In this document: positions 1 to 13,656 of the stretch, piece by piece | Numbering within the stretch: position 1 is the stretch's first letter | Layout: each line of letters opens with the position of its first letter | From: Pristiophorus japonicus | Lineage: Eukaryota | Assembly (NCBI RefSeq): GCF_044704955.1 | Contig: NC_091982.1 | Coordinates: 157,294,001-157,358,000 of the forward strand | DNA: 64,000 nucleotides | Reading direction: 5' to 3' | Translations under genes and position numbers: made by a program | Notes under the pieces: model-generated | Told to the model about the DNA's origin: nothing | Seen by the model: the letters and a program-made list of their open reading frames with translations, nothing else | Databases searched by the model: none

Positions 1-330
1 TCCTTTGTCATGTTATACTGCAAAACTAAAACATCGGGGATATGGGCTGGCAACTCCAGGGCAAGGCAGACTTACATCATCCATTCAGTGCTGTTAGTTT
101 TTTATTTCTTTCCCCTGATTGTGCTTGTGACAGGGGGTATACTCCAAGAACTGGACCTGATTTCCTATATGACAGAACTCTGGATCACTCTGTCAATGGC
201 GAACATGCTTATGATGATACCCAAGGCAGTTTCCCCATATGTTTATGCACTGAGGTACCGAGAAGTCACCAAAACAATCCGATCTTTAGCAATGCTAAGG
301 CACGTTAGGCGAGTCAATCCCACAGGTTAG
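1..330 (+). CDS. GPR148-like 7TM receptor, paralogue A (3' part only: end of TM5 to C-terminus; 5' end outside window)
   Basis: Frame open from base 1 (SFVMLYCKTKTSGIWAGNSRARQTYIIHSVLL...MIPKAVSPYVYALRYRE...), stop TAG 328-330; same ICL3/TM6/TM7 motifs as the three complete paralogues. Confidence 0.88.
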   Translation, partial: SFVMLYCKTKTSGIWAGNSRARQTYIIHSVLLVFYFFPLIVLVTGGILQELDLISYMTELWITLSMANMLMMIPKAVSPYVYALRYREVTKTIRSLAMLRHVRRVNPTG

Positions 331-1736
331 TACATTAGACTGAGCAAATCTGCTGATGTGTGACTCCATCGAGCAAAGCGTTTTGTTTGCTATTGTAGGA
401 ACAGCACCCAGTAAAATTGCCAAAGGGTTGCCTTCAAGATTCGTATGGGGAATTACCCTATAAACTGGCTGAGGGTACACTTATAGTATGGAGTTCAGCT
501 GTTGAACTGAGTAGTGGGAAGTAAACAGTGAATACAGGCTTTTAAGCGATTAAGTTGTAAAGTCATTATCCCTTGCTCGGCTCAAGAGAAGAAGCTCTTA
601 GTGAGTCGTAAACAGATCACGACCCCTTATATTTGTGTGAGTCTCTTTGTTAAATAGGTATTATAAGATAAAGGCAGGTTGAAAGAATGGAACCAACCTG
701 TCTGGAAATTCATGCTTCAGTAATTTCTTGTTGGGGGTGATTGATTGGGCGAGCCCTTCTGAATGTCAGTCACTCAGTAGAGTTTTTCTTTGACTTTGAT
801 AAAAGTAGCAATCTTTCTGTGTTAATCCGAAGAAGTCTTTAATTTCCTCAATTCTTCTTCTGTCGGAAGTTTTATCTAGCAGATGTAATAGATATCCTTA
901 CAAGTACAACATACCTTTAAGGGCAGATTGTCAGTTTAGAAGCTAAATTGTGACTACAGCAGCTGTTCAGGCAGTGCTAAGAGTGTCATTTAATTGCGAG
1001 TAATCTAAGAGGGAAGACTGCTGAGATACTGCCACTCATGTAAGGAGCCAAAGATTCAAGTGAAACAGATAACCCCGTTGCAAAGGGGTTCATCAATGCA
1101 ACACTCCAGAAGCTAATAACTGTGTCCCAGGAAAGCAAAGAGACTGACCAACCATGCCGCGCGTGAGGGTGAGGTTGTGTAAGCTCTGAACATTGTTAAT
1201 CACACACACAAACTTGAGCTAGTTGATAGACTAGTTTTGAAAAGCTGTTAACTTGTCAGTTATCTAAGGAATTACTGCTAAAGTAAAGTGACCAATTTAT
1301 AACCTCAGACTTTAGAAACTGCTATAGTTAATACTCAGCATCTGTTGGTGCAGATTTATAGTGATGCATTGAATTGCCTGTGTAACCTTTGCTACTCATT
1401 TTGTTAACTAACTGTCCGTTAATGATTTTCTACTGAACTGCTAGGTAATATTTATGTATGTCTATTAAGTGCTCGTGTACCCAACTTTAAGTTAGTGATT
1501 TGTGACCAATAAATAGCGTTTAGTGCGTGACTTGTGGTCTGGCTTCTTCCTTGATGATTTGGCAAGAAAGAGTTCATTCACTCACTCAGAAGTTGGAGGG
1601 TAACCTAACAGAGTGTTAGTAAATTAAATTCATTTTGATCCGAACTGTTTTAAATGTAAGACAGTTTGACGAGCCAAGTCAGGCATCACTCATCCCTAGA
1701 CCTATGCTTGGAGGTAAGCCCCCAGACAGTTCCTTG

Positions 1737-2806
1737 GGGCTCAATTTTGCCCAAGCCCGTTTTCTGACGCATTGCCAGAGTTACGCCTGTTTTTCTAGGC
1801 CAGAAATGCACCAGAAATATTTTGCCAAATTTTTCCTGATGTATAATTCAAATTTGGCGCCGCGCAGCGTGCCCAGTCGCCTCAGGGGGCGGAGCCTGCT
1901 GTCTGTGCCAAAAAAATGATGCCGCACCTTCTGCGCATATGTGGGAAAAAAAGTGACGTTTTTGACGTTATTTCAATGGATGCACGTGCGCAGTACAGCT
2001 TCGGGTTGGCAATCGGCCATTTTTAAAGAGCCAGTTGTGTGTGTGACAACATTGAGTGCTGTGTGAGAGCATTGGAAAAATCTGAGCTGGATTGGTTCTT
2101 TGTTGTCTCTCCCCAAGGTCTGTATGGATGAACCACACCCAGGTCTTGTGACTTCTCCCCCCGCCCAAACTTATTGCAGTCTTGTGACTTCTCCCCTTCT
2201 CCCCCCCCCCCAAACTCATTGCAGTCTTGTGCCTAGTGCAGCAGCCTTCTGATCGGCACCTCCCTCCTCCCCCCGAGCTTGTTTTCCAGCCGAGCCCCTG
2301 TGTCTGGGCGCGGGGCCGATTTTGACGGCTGACACTATGACCCTCCAGCTCTGCTTGAAGACCCACGGCGGTGGCATGTGAGTAAAAAAAAAATGAAAAC
2401 TTCAGAAATCCAAGAAACTTCCATGTACTCCGTTGAAAGGTAAAAGAAGTTGAACTTTATTATGGATATTTAAAGTGTTCTTGACTCCTTCCAAAAACGT
2501 TGATGAAAAATAATGGTATCTTTCAGCATCGATTTCTCAATGTGCGCTACTTTCTGTTAACTCACCAGAAGGTTTTTCAGGAGTGGCCAGATATGCCGAC
2601 CTAGGATTTGGGGGCAAACTGTGAAAAATTATGAAAACTGGAACAGACATGAGGGAACGTCAAAAAAACCTAACCTAGAAAAATCGTAACTAAAGCAGTT
2701 ACTCCGGTGCAGATTCCAATGGGAAACTTTGAATTAAATACTTACACCAGAAAAAACGGCACACGCCAAAAAAAAACGGCGCAAATGACCTGGGAAAATT
2801 GAGCCC
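1737..2806. mobile_element. Non-autonomous PIF/Harbinger-type DNA transposon
   Basis: TIRs GGGCTCAATTTTGCCCA (1737) / TGGGAAAATTGAGCCC (ends 2806); 3-bp flanks TTG/TTT; no transposase ORF. Confidence 0.75.
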
Positions 2807-5079
2807 TTTGTGAGGAGTGAAAGGAGTGTGCTAAGGATATTTCTGGTACCTCAGCATTTATTTGTCAGGATGTCAAAACCCAGCTTCCTTACACTCTGTT
2901 CCTGTGTGCGCGATGCTTCATATAATTATTTTAAGCCTTGTGGGGTAGAGTTTCCACTTGAGGCGCAATCGGCAATCCGGGTGAAAATTGTGCTCAAAAT
3001 TGTGCTAGTTTTCCAAAGTGAAGTTAAGGTTCAAGTTTCATTCAAACTCCTTTGTCTAATTATAAACGTAAAATCTTCCATGAACCAGCGCAGTGGATAG
3101 CATTTTAGAAGATAAATATTCTTTCCCGCCTTGCATTAAAAAATATTTCTTGATATATTTAAGAGTGGTAACCTGGTGCAGTTGTATTAATACAGCTAAA
3201 AATGGCTTTATCACAAAAAAAAATCAGCATTTTTAATAAGCGTGTCTAGTCCACCACCTGTGAGTAACTCAATTTTAAATAACTGAATATTTGAGCCTGG
3301 ATTGCCCGGTGGTGCAATGAGTCTGGATCTCAACATAGTAAGGATGAGGACGAGTATCTAGGATAGTATGTTTCGAGCTTAGGAGGAATGAGAGAAAAGT
3401 GCAGAGTAGAAATTACCACAGTATTATCGATAAGCTGAAAGAAGGAAGAAAAATTGCAGTGAAGAGCTGGCTTGGAGGGATCGGCTATCAGATAATATGC
3501 TTTTCCTTATATCCTATCTAGGAGTGTGAGGTAATTGCTAGAAAAGGCTCTCTTTATATGGGAGCAAGACTTGAGCTTTATAGAAAATTGACCTGTCGAG
3601 GCGGTAGAAAAGGTCGGCATGAAAAAGGAAGACAAGATCTTGGAGGCAACTTTTGCAATGAAGGAGATGTGGGAGTTACATTTGTGGCAAGAGAAGACAA
3701 TAAGACCAGGAATGTTGATCAAAGAAGGACTATGCGTGAAGTTATCAAACTTTACAAAATATGTGAAAAACAAGAGATTTTCCCGGCTCCTTCAAGAGGC
3801 TTGCAAAAGACAAAGATGTAGTGATTCAGCCATTACATTGCAAGACAGTTCGATCATGAGTGCAGGTGGCCTTTGCTATGAAAAAGGACTGGAGTGGTAG
3901 GGAGGACAGAGCCCTGGGAAACTCAAAATTAATGGGAAAAGAGTCAGTGGGTGACGCACCAGTCACAGAACAGATTGAACAATTTAAGAGGGAACTTGAT
4001 GAGCATAAATATATGATGGAAACTTGTTTCGACTTGTTTCGAAGTGTGTGGTACCAGACCAAGTTGAATTCTTTAGAGCTATTCAGGGAAGTGACTTTTA
4101 ATTGACCAAAGTGTTCAAGAGCAGAGTGATCATGGATTAAGACAGAATTTGCTAGATGATGATTGTTTTAAGAGCTTACAGCAACTTCCATAACTTTAGA
4201 AAGTACCGATGTAAGGGCAAGAAGAAATCTTGATTGGTTAAAGAGTGAATACATGAACATTTCCAAGGAGAAGGGAAGGTGGACTCAGAGCATGAAAGAT
4301 TGATGAAATTACTTTTGGAGATACACATCTTGAGGATAGTTGGAAGTACTATCAAGACTAACTGTCTTATTGCAATTCAGAGAGTACAGGATCTGACAGA
4401 GATACAGCTTAATGTTGGCCATATGGTCAAACATTATTGAGTAATGCTTGGAAGCTCTTTATCAAAAGCATCAAGATGAGTTGGATGAGAGAATGGAGCC
4501 AAAAGGTCAGTTTTATAATCGAGATAGCAACTCTCTTTGACCAGAAGATAAAGTAGAAAGAATAAAAGGGAAACTAGAAAGGTGAAGAAACAGAAAGTTG
4601 AAACTTGGTTTTAATAAGAAACAGACGGTAAAGCCAAAATGATTGGCAATGGAAGCGGACAGAATCAATATTTGAGGAGAGACTTTGAGTATTGCAGGTT
4701 AAAGCAAAACGATGAAGCAGTAGATGTGAAGTTATGGTTCTGGCTGTCTCAGAGGCCGTGGTAAGTTTTAAATCTTTAGATTGTTCATGATCTCAACAAG
4801 GAGAAGAAAAAGAAAGGATGGGGGACATTCCTGCTACAGCATCAGAGAAGATCAGCACATCTCACAACCATTCTGGCAGTGGTACAGTCACAGGTTTACA
4901 ATATTTGGTTTGCACCTGCTGTTGCAGTTGATGATGAGGTTGTCACTTGATGAGGAACAGATTTCACTAATCTTAAAACTTCCACCAGTGGCTTCAGTGC
5001 TGTGTAAATGAGTGGCAAATTGCTTGTACTGTTGTGTAAGTTCCATGCAGATTGATAAATGTGTGAGTTACCTCCTGAA

Positions 5080-5830
5080 TTACATAGAATTACATCAAAT
5101 TTACAGCACAGAAACAGGCCATTCGGCCCAACTGGTTTGTGCCGGTGTTTATGCTCCACACAAGCCTCCCCCAAATCCTACTTCATTTAACCTTATCTGC
5201 ATATTTATCTATTCCTTTCTCCCTCATGTATTTATCTAGCTTCCCCTTAAAGGCATCTATGCCATTCACTTCAACAACTCCATGTGCTAGCTAGTTCCAC
5301 ATTCTCCCCACTCTTTGAGTAAAGATGTTTCTCCTGAATTCTTTATTGGATTTATTAATGACTATCCTATATTTATCACCCCTAGTTTTTGACTCCCCCA
5401 CAAACGGAAACATCTTCTCTACATCTACCCTATCAAACTCTTATCATTTTAAAGACCTCTATTAGGTCACTGCTCAACCTTCTCCTTTCTAGAGAAAAGA
5501 GCCTCAGCCTGTTCAGCCTTTCCTGATAGTTATAGCCTCCTAGTTCCGGTGCCATGCTTGTAAATCTTTTTTGCACCTTCTCCAGCGCCTCTATCTTTTT
5601 TGTAATATGGAGTCCGGAATTGTGTATAGTACTCTAAGTGTGGTCTAAACAAGATCCTACACAAGTTCAATATAACTTATCTGCTTTTCAATTCTATCCT
5701 TCTCGAAATGAACACTAGTGCTTTGTTTTTGTGTGCCTCTAGATGCCTTTGCTCCTCTACCCGATTTAGACTCGTATTTGACAAGGAGTAAGTGGTCTCC
5801 TTATTCCTCCTACCAAAATGCACCACGTCA
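5080..5830 (-). mobile_element. CR1-type LINE, decayed 3' fragment
   Basis: Reverse complement of RT C-terminal region and 3' UTR (..GGCCATTCGGCCCA..) shared with other copies. Confidence 0.75.
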
Positions 5831-6224
5831 CACTTACCTATATTAGTATACAGTAATACAGTTTGTTTTGAACAACTATGGCATAGTTCAAAAGAGTATT
5901 GTTCAAAATGTCTGAAGAGGCAGCATATTGGTGCTAGAATGGGAGGACACAGGTTTGTCCAAAGAATAGATCACAGAGGTGCTTCCAATGTCAGTGATAC
6001 CTATCTTAGATAACGATGGTAAATTAGTTGATGCCTGGATCAGACCAGAGAGCTTGAAGAAGTATATTCACGAGAGGAATCCCCCACATAATCCGTTCTT
6101 GATCTCAGAGGCCAGGTGCGTCTCCAAGGCAGAGAGTGAAAAATCACTGGATGGATCACCTAACATCAATCTAATACTTTTTGGCACTGGCCTGACACCC
6201 ACTCACTTGTGATGTATGTTTGAG

Positions 6225-7255
6225 AGATTAAAAAACAGGAAACAGAGAGTAGTGGTGAATGGTTGTTTTTCAGATTGGAGGAAGGTATACAGTGGTGTAG
6301 GGTCGGTTCTAGGACCACTTTTTTTTTCTAGCTATTAATGACTTGGATGTGGGTATACAGGGCACAATTTCAAAATTTGCAGATGATACAAAACTTGGAA
6401 GTATAGTGAACCGTGAGGAGGAGAGTGTTAGATTTCAGGAATACATAGACAGGCTGGTGAAATGGGTGGACATGTGGCAGATAACATTTAATGCAGAAAA
6501 GTGTGAAGTGATGCATTTTGGTAGAAAGAATGAGGAGAGGACATATAAACTAAATGGTACAATCCTAAAGGGGGTACCGAACAGAGAGGCCTGGGGGTAG
6601 ATGTGCACAAATCGTTGAAGGTGGCACGGCAGGTTGAGAAAGCAGTTAAAAAAGCTTACGGGATCCTGGGCTTCAAAAATAGAGGGATGGAGTACAACAG
6701 TGTGGAACTTATGATGAACCTGTATAAAACACTGGTTCGGCCTCAATTGGAGTACTGTGTCCTATTCTGGGCACCGCACTTTAGGAAGGGTGCAGAAAAA
6801 ATTGACAAGAATGATTCCAGGAATGAAGGACTGCAGTTATGTGGATAGACTGGAGAAGCTGGGATTGTTCTCCTTTGCACAGCGAAGATTGAGAGGAGAT
6901 TTGAAAATCATGAGGGGTCTGGACAGAATAGATAGAGAGAAACTGTTCCCATTCTCAGAAAGGTCGAGAACCAGAGACACAGATTTAAGGTGATTGGCAA
7001 AAGAACCAAAGGCAGCATAAGAAAAAACGTTTTTACGCAGCGAGTGGTTGGGATCTGGAATGCACTGCCTGAAAGGGTGATGGTGGCAGACTCAATCTTA
7101 TCTTTCAAAAAGGAGTTGGAGAAGTATCTGAAGTTAAAAAAAATTGCAGGGCTATGGTGAAAGGGCAGAGGAGTGGGACTAGCTGAGAGTCAGCACGGGC
7201 TCGATGGGCCGAATGACCTTACTCCATGCTGTAACCATTCTATGAATCTATGATT
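6225..7255 (+). mobile_element. CR1-type LINE 3' fragment (RT, frameshifted)
   Basis: SKFADDTKLG, FNAEKCEVMHFGRKN, LYKTLVRPQLEYCV in ORFs 6343-6993; (TTCTATGA)-type tail. Confidence 0.9.
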
Positions 7256-8019
7256 CAAATGGAGACAGAAAATGAAAAAAAGAGGACTATTTGAGTAAAG
7301 GTGGTGTCCCTAGATACATGGATGTAACTATAAGTCACTCATTGCCAGAAATTTGATCTTTGTAGAATGAGATACGCTGCTGATTTTACTGCTACCCAAT
7401 CAAAATCTGCCATAGAGTACAAAGCACCATCTGAAATTATATAGACTAATCCACCCGATACATCATCACTTTCAAGATGCCTGGTGCATTGGGCGTTGGC
7501 ACACAGAACAAAGCCACCTGTAGCTCAGCAACAGTTGGTGTTAAATTGTTCAAGTAATGGGTAGTCTCCTTAAGATGGGGGAGGGAGGGGGTCAGATTGA
7601 CTTAGGGGGAACCTTGTCTTATTTTATTCCTGGCCTTGGAGTGCTTGATGGAACAATGTAGGTGGAGGTTTACTCAGCATCTAACCAGTGAAGATTTGGC
7701 CTTGGAGTGCTTAATGGGGCAATTTAGAAGAATCTTTACTCTGTATCTAATCCGTACTGTAGCGTGATGCTGACACTGGGTGTAAATGATGTCTTCCATT
7801 TTCCAGCACAGACATTAACCCAAACATTTTTTTTAAAGGAAGAGCAGCGGAAGGGATAGTTCCATTTCATTCGGGCATACAGTAAGCATGTACCATTAAA
7901 CGTAAATTGTAATGGAACACTATATTCCGCTGTGTCACATTTAATGGTACATATACATATTTAGTACATTTAGCAACATATTTATTGCTGGATGCATGTG
8001 AGTTTGCTGATATTGGTTT

Positions 8020-8225
8020 GCAGAAAGTTGTTGAGGCCAGTTCGTTAGATATATTCAAAAGGGAGTTAGATGTGGCCCTTACAGGCTAAAGGGATCAAGG
8101 GGTATGGAGAGAAAGCAGGAATGGGATACTGAAGTTGCATGATCAGCCATGATCATATTGAATGGTGGTGCAGGCTCGAAGGGCTGAATGGCCTACTCCT
8201 GCACCTATTTTCTATGTTTCTATGG
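8020..8225 (+). mobile_element. CR1-type LINE 3' tail
   Basis: Near-identical to 45320-45525, ends TTTCTATGTTTCTATG. Confidence 0.85.
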
Positions 8226-9247
8226 ATGAAGTTCAACGCACACAAGCCCTTTTAATTGGACAATTAGGGATTCGCTCTCTGGCTACACATGAATTTTGTT
8301 ATAAATCTATAACTTAGGATTCAGATTTTTGGGACAGTAGGACGAGTTCTATGCCAAGATTGGATTGTACAGGATGAGCAGACTCCATCCGAACAGAGCT
8401 GGGAGAGTAACTGGTTTTATGGTGAAGGGTTTAAGCTAATATTGGCAAGGGAAAATCTAGACATTGAAGCTGAAAGGAAAGCAAAAGGGGTAAGGTATAG
8501 AAAAGGTATAGAGAAATAAGAGTGTTTTAATGAACAATTCAGAGAGAAGAGGGACTAAAAAGAGTAAGATTGATAAACCGACAGAGGCAGGTTTGAGTTG
8601 TGTGTATTGTGAATACAACTGGTGACCTAGAGACACAAATTACAATGGAGCTGGTTATCATCATCATAGGCGGTCCCTCGAACGAGGATGACCTGCTTCC
8701 ACACTAAAAGGAATGAGTTTGCAGTGAGATAATAGCGTTAACAGACATGTGACTCAAACTAAGGCAGGGCTGGAAGCTAAACATTCCTGCAAAATATTCA
8801 GGAGTACTAGAGTAAGAAAAGGGAAGGGATCGACTCAGACATTCCATTACAACACTACAATATAAAGATAATAAAGCAGGTAATTAAAACGCTGTATCTA
8901 TTTGGTTAGAGTGAAGGAATAAGAACGGAACTGCTAAAAGAAAGAAAGAATTGCATTTATATAGCACCTTTCACGACCACCAGATGTCTCAAAGCGCTTT
9001 ACAGCCAATTAAGTACTTTTGGAGTGTAGTCACAATTGTAACGGGGAGTATATTATAGACCACTGAACACTGGAAAGGAGATAGAGGAAACGCTATATAG
9101 ACAAATTAGAAAAAAATGCAGAATTAATAGGGCTATAATAATGAGTGGCTTTAATGATCCAAAGATAGACTAGGGTTAAGTAATGTAAGTGGCAAAGAAG
9201 TGGAGGAGTGTCAATAATGTGTCCAGGGCTGCATTCTAGATCAATAT

Positions 9248-10178
9248 GGGAGTGAATTCCCACCAACGTTCTCCTGCTCATTCCTCTGTAACTTCAGCGG
9301 ATGATTCGCAGAAAAATCTGGCACTTCCGTGGCTCTTCCACCGAAGTGCATGACATGATGCAGTATAATGTGGATAAATGTGAGGTTATCCACTTTGGTT
9401 GCAAAAACAGGAAGGCAGATTATTATCTGAATGGTGCCAGATTAGTAAAAGGGGAGGTGCAACGAGACCTGGATGTCATGGTACATCAGTCATTGAAGAT
9501 AGGCATGCAGGTACAGCAGGCAGTAGAGAAGGCAAATGGCATACTGGCCTTCACAGTGAGGGGATTTGAGTAGGAGCAGGGAGGTCTTACTGCAGTTGTA
9601 CAGGGCCTTGGTGAGACCACACCTTGAGTATTGTGTGCAGTTTTGGTCTCCTAATCTGAGGAAGGACATTCTTGCTATTGAGGGAGTGCAGCAAAGGTTC
9701 ACCAGACTGATTCCCGGGATGGCAGGACTGACATATAAAGAAAGACTGGATCGACTGGGCTTATATTCACTGGAATTTAGAAGAATGAGAGGGGATCTCA
9801 CAGAAACATATAAAATTCTGACGTGATTGGATAGGCTAGATGCAGGAAGAATGTTCCTGATGTTGGGGAAGTCCAGAACCAGGGGTCACAGTCTTAAGGA
9901 TAAGGGGTAAACCATTTAGGACCGAGATGAGAAACTTCTTCACTCAGAGAATTGTGAACCTGTGGAATTCTCGACCACGGAAAGTTGTTGAGGTCAGTTC
10001 GTTAGATATATTCAAAAGGGAGTATGGAGAGAAAGCAGGAATGGGGTACTGAAGTTGCATGATCAGCCATGGTCATATTGAATGGTGGTGCAGGCTAAAA
10101 GGGCCGAATGGCCTACTCCTGCACCTATTTTCTATGTTATGATGGTCGAGTAGGAGGACCTCATTGAAATTCAGCCCC
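9248..10178. mobile_element. Short Harbinger-type MITE split by a CR1 fragment (about 9358-10137, + strand)
   Basis: Imperfect TIRs GGGAGTGAATTCC / GAAATTCAGCCCC; insert encodes [30 protein letters not shown] and is flanked by ATGATG on both sides. Confidence 0.7.
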
Positions 10179-11031
10179 TCTATTTTTAGCCCAACATGGC
10201 AGGAGACAATGCTGGAATTAGTTCTAGGAAATGAAATTTTGCTACCCATATCCTATTCCACACTAAGTTCAGCTCACCTGTAACTCCTGTTCTCCTTGAC
10301 CAACAATGGCTTCCAGTCCCCCAATACCTCAACTTTAAAATTCTCATCCTTGTTTTTGAACCCCTTCATGACCTCGCCCCTCCCAATCTTGGTAACATCC
10401 TTCAGTTACAAAATTCAATTTAAGAACTTCCCCTGCTGGCATTTGAACATAGAATTGCTAGTCCAATGCCATAACTATGTGTATTTTCTCAGTTTCCTGC
10501 CTGGTTTCGTAGATTCAAACCCACATCATCTCCGTGTGAATTCCTACTCAGTTCAAACTCCCGCCTTTATCGTCTCTCAGCACAAACTCATTCCACTGGT
10601 ATCTCACTCAGTCAGCCTCTCACAACTCAAGTCGCCTCTCACTGCGCTCTGAAATTTTATATTGGCAGGATTCTGCCGGATGACTCACCTGACTCCTGTG
10701 CAAATTTACTCCTGTCTTTGCTACACTCTATTAATCAATAATAATGAAAAGTATTTCTATCCATGTACCTATTGTATGGTTCCGGTTTTCAGGTTTAATC
10801 AATAAAACTCCACAAGGTAGAAAAACTTGAAGTCATTTATTTCGGTAGCACAAATAAAATTGGAAATAGGACATTCTAAGCACAGCATTTCTCTTCACTA
10901 CTATAAGATGTTTTGGCACAGCTCCATGGAACTTATTCCGTGCTAACAACACATCCTAAGGTTTGTTTCTTTCACTCAACCAGTTTTCAGTGGTAAAAAT
11001 TTAGAAATTGAGAAGCATTATGGACAATGAG

Positions 11032-11262
11032 TCGTCACCACGGCAACTGCTCAAGTGGAGCCTGAGGAGTTTGAGAGTCAGCTCCACGGTCGTCACCACA
11101 GTGACTGTTAGAATTCAGGCTCAGTGCAGTGGAGTCCAAGAGTGAGCTCCATAATTGTCACCACAGCAACCGTTAACCATTCAGGCTGTGTTCAGGGGAG
11201 TCTGAGTGTGTGCTCTGCACTCATTACCACAGTGACTGTCAGCCATTCAGGCTGAGTCCGGG
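11032..11262. repeat. Degenerate minisatellite, about 60-66-bp unit, about 3.5 copies
   Basis: Recurring GTCACCACAG(TG/CA)ACTGT...ATTCAGGCT...GGAGTC. Confidence 0.65.
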
Positions 11263-11712
11263 TGTGTACAGGTGTCATTTTTGCTTCTAACCTGTAAAGG
11301 CAGTGGGCAATGGCCTTATTACCATGTATCTGTGAACGGGGCTTCCCTCAGTAGCTCACAGGCTTTAAAGTATAGGATTATAGAAATTTATGGTACATAA
11401 GGAGGCCATTTGACCCATTGTGTCTGTGCCGGTTAAAAAGAGCTATACAGCCTAATCCCACTTTCCAGCTCTAGGCCTGTAGCCTTGTAGGTTGTGGCAC
11501 TTCGGGAGTGCATATCCTGGCACATTTTAAATATGATGAGCATTTCCGTCTCTACCACTCTTTCAGGCAGTGAGTTCCAGACCTGCAACACCCTCTGGGT
11601 GAAAAAAAATCCTCTCAAATCCGCTCTAGTCCTTCTACCCATTAATTTAAATCTATGCCCCTGGTTATTGACCTCTCTGCTAAGGGAAATTGGTCCTCCC
11701 TATCCACTCTAT

Positions 11713-13656
11713 GGGCCCAAGTTTCGGGCCGTACCTAAAATGGCGCAGCCCGGACCTGGACGCCCGTTTTTCGCGCCAGAAGGTGCGCCTAAAAAAAACC
11801 AACCTATTCTCCTGCTCCCTGCAGGTCCTCTGGAGCTGGGCGTGGTGCAGCACGAGCTGTAGGGGTCAGAGCCAGGTCCCTGCGCTGAAAACAGTGCCGG
11901 GACCTCTGCACATGCGCGCTACAGTGGGCATGCATGTGCAGTAGCTCCAGGCGGCCAAAATTATGGGAGGGGCCCGAAGCACGCAGCATTAAACCCTGGC
12001 CGAATGGCCTCACTGGGGCTGCGTAGATAAGGCTCCTCCCACCCGACCGGACCCGACCCCTGCTCTTCCCCCCCCGGCGACCCGACCTCCGCAACTCTCT
12101 TTTCCCCCCCCCCCCCCCCCCGGACCTCCGCGACTCTCCCCCCCCCCCCCCCCCCCCCCCGGACCTCCGCGACTCTTCCCTCCCCCCGGACCTCCGCGAC
12201 TCCCCCCATGGGACCCAACGCCACCTACCTGTAAATCCAGCCCGAAGTCTTGGGCCCGGNNNNNNNNNNNNNNNNNNNNNNNNNNNNNNNNNNNNNNNNN
12301 NNNNNNNNNNNNNNNNNNNNNNNNNNNNNNNNNNNNNNNNNNNNNNNNNNNNNNNNNNNNNNNNNNNNNNNNNNNNNNNNNNNNNNNNNNNNNNNNNNNN
12401 NNNNNNNNNNNNNNNNNNNNNNCCTCTCTCATTCCCTCCCTCCCTCCTCTCTCCTTCCCTCCCTCCCTCCCTCCTTCCTTCCTTCCCTCCCTCCCTTCTC
12501 TCTCCTTCCCTCCGTTCCCTCCCTTCTCTCTCCTTCCCTCCCTCCCTCCTCTCTCCTTCCCTCCCTTCTCTCTCCTTCCCTCCCCTCCCTCCACTCTCCA
12601 CCTCTCCCCCCGCATCTCCCCCTTCTCCCCCTCTCCCCCCCCTTCTCCCCCTCTCCCCTCCTCCGCCCTCCTCCCCCTCCTTCCCCCTCTCCCCTCCTCT
12701 CCCCCTTCTCCCCCTCTCCCCTCCTCTCCCCCCCTTCTCCTCTCCCCCCTCCTCCCCACCTCCCCCCCTCCCCTCTCCTCTCCTCCACCCCTTCTCCTCA
12801 CCCCCCTCCTCCTCCCCCCACCCCTCCTCCTCCCCCCCACCCTCCTCCTCCTCCCCCCCTCCTCCTCCCCCCCCACCCCACCCCCCTCCTCCCCCCCCAT
12901 CCCACCCTACCCACACCCCCCTCTACCCCACCCCCTCTACTCCCACCCCACCCCCCTCTACCTCCCTCCTCCCTTCTCCCCCACCCTCCCTCTCTCCCCA
13001 CCCTCTTCTCCCCCTCCCCCTCCCCTTCTCCCCCTCCCTTCGCTGTCAGAAACACAGACACTGACAGACAGAGAGTGAGAGACACACACACAGACAGACA
13101 GAGAGATAGAGACACTGACAGAGACACACTGGGGGGGCCGTCCCAGCATACTGTTGGAGGACTCCCGGTGCTGCAGTCGGTAAGTAGAAAATGTTTTTTT
13201 TTTTATTTTTTTTTATTGATTTATTGGTTGACTTATTGACGTATTTATCATTTATTATTGATGATGGCTCTTTATTTGTAAAACTGAAGTGTTTAATGTT
13301 TGTAAACTTCCCTTTAAACCCACTGCCGCCCCCCCCCCCGCCCATTCCCTATGCCTAATTTGTAACCTACGCCTGATTTTCTAAAGTGTTGACAAGGTTT
13401 TTTCTAACGTATAAAAATCTTCACTTACTCCATTCTAAGTTAGTTTGGGGTAAGTTTTCACTGCCTAAACTTTGAAAACAGGTGTAAGTGGCCGGACACG
13501 CCCCCTTTTGAAAATAAATTCTGTTCCAAAGTGAAACTGTTCTAACTGACTAGAACTGGAGCAAACTAAATGCCGAGAATTCAAATTTCTAAGATACTCC
13601 ATTCTAAACCAGTTGCTCCAAAAAAACAGGAGCAACTCAGGCCGAAACTTGGCCCC
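11713..13656. mobile_element. Non-autonomous PIF/Harbinger-type transposon with C-rich low-complexity core
   Basis: TIRs GGGCCCAAGTTTCGG / CCGAAACTTGGCCCC; perfect TAT target-site duplication (11710-11712, 13657-13659). Confidence 0.85.
12260..12422. other. Assembly gap (163 N) within C/CT-rich low-complexity sequence (about 12050-13040)
   Basis: Run of N flanked by poly-C and (CCT/CT)n tracts. Confidence 0.98.

Noticed and set aside
11032-11262. Spaced repeats resembling an array or recombination signals (CACAGTG at two units)
   Set aside because: Whole units are homologous and degenerate; no RSS nonamer at 12/23 spacing and no V/J segments seen.
11804-13239. Long Gly/Glu/Arg- and Pro/Ser-rich ORFs (296-370 aa)
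   Set aside because: Translations of C/T low-complexity sequence spanning an N gap inside a non-autonomous transposon.
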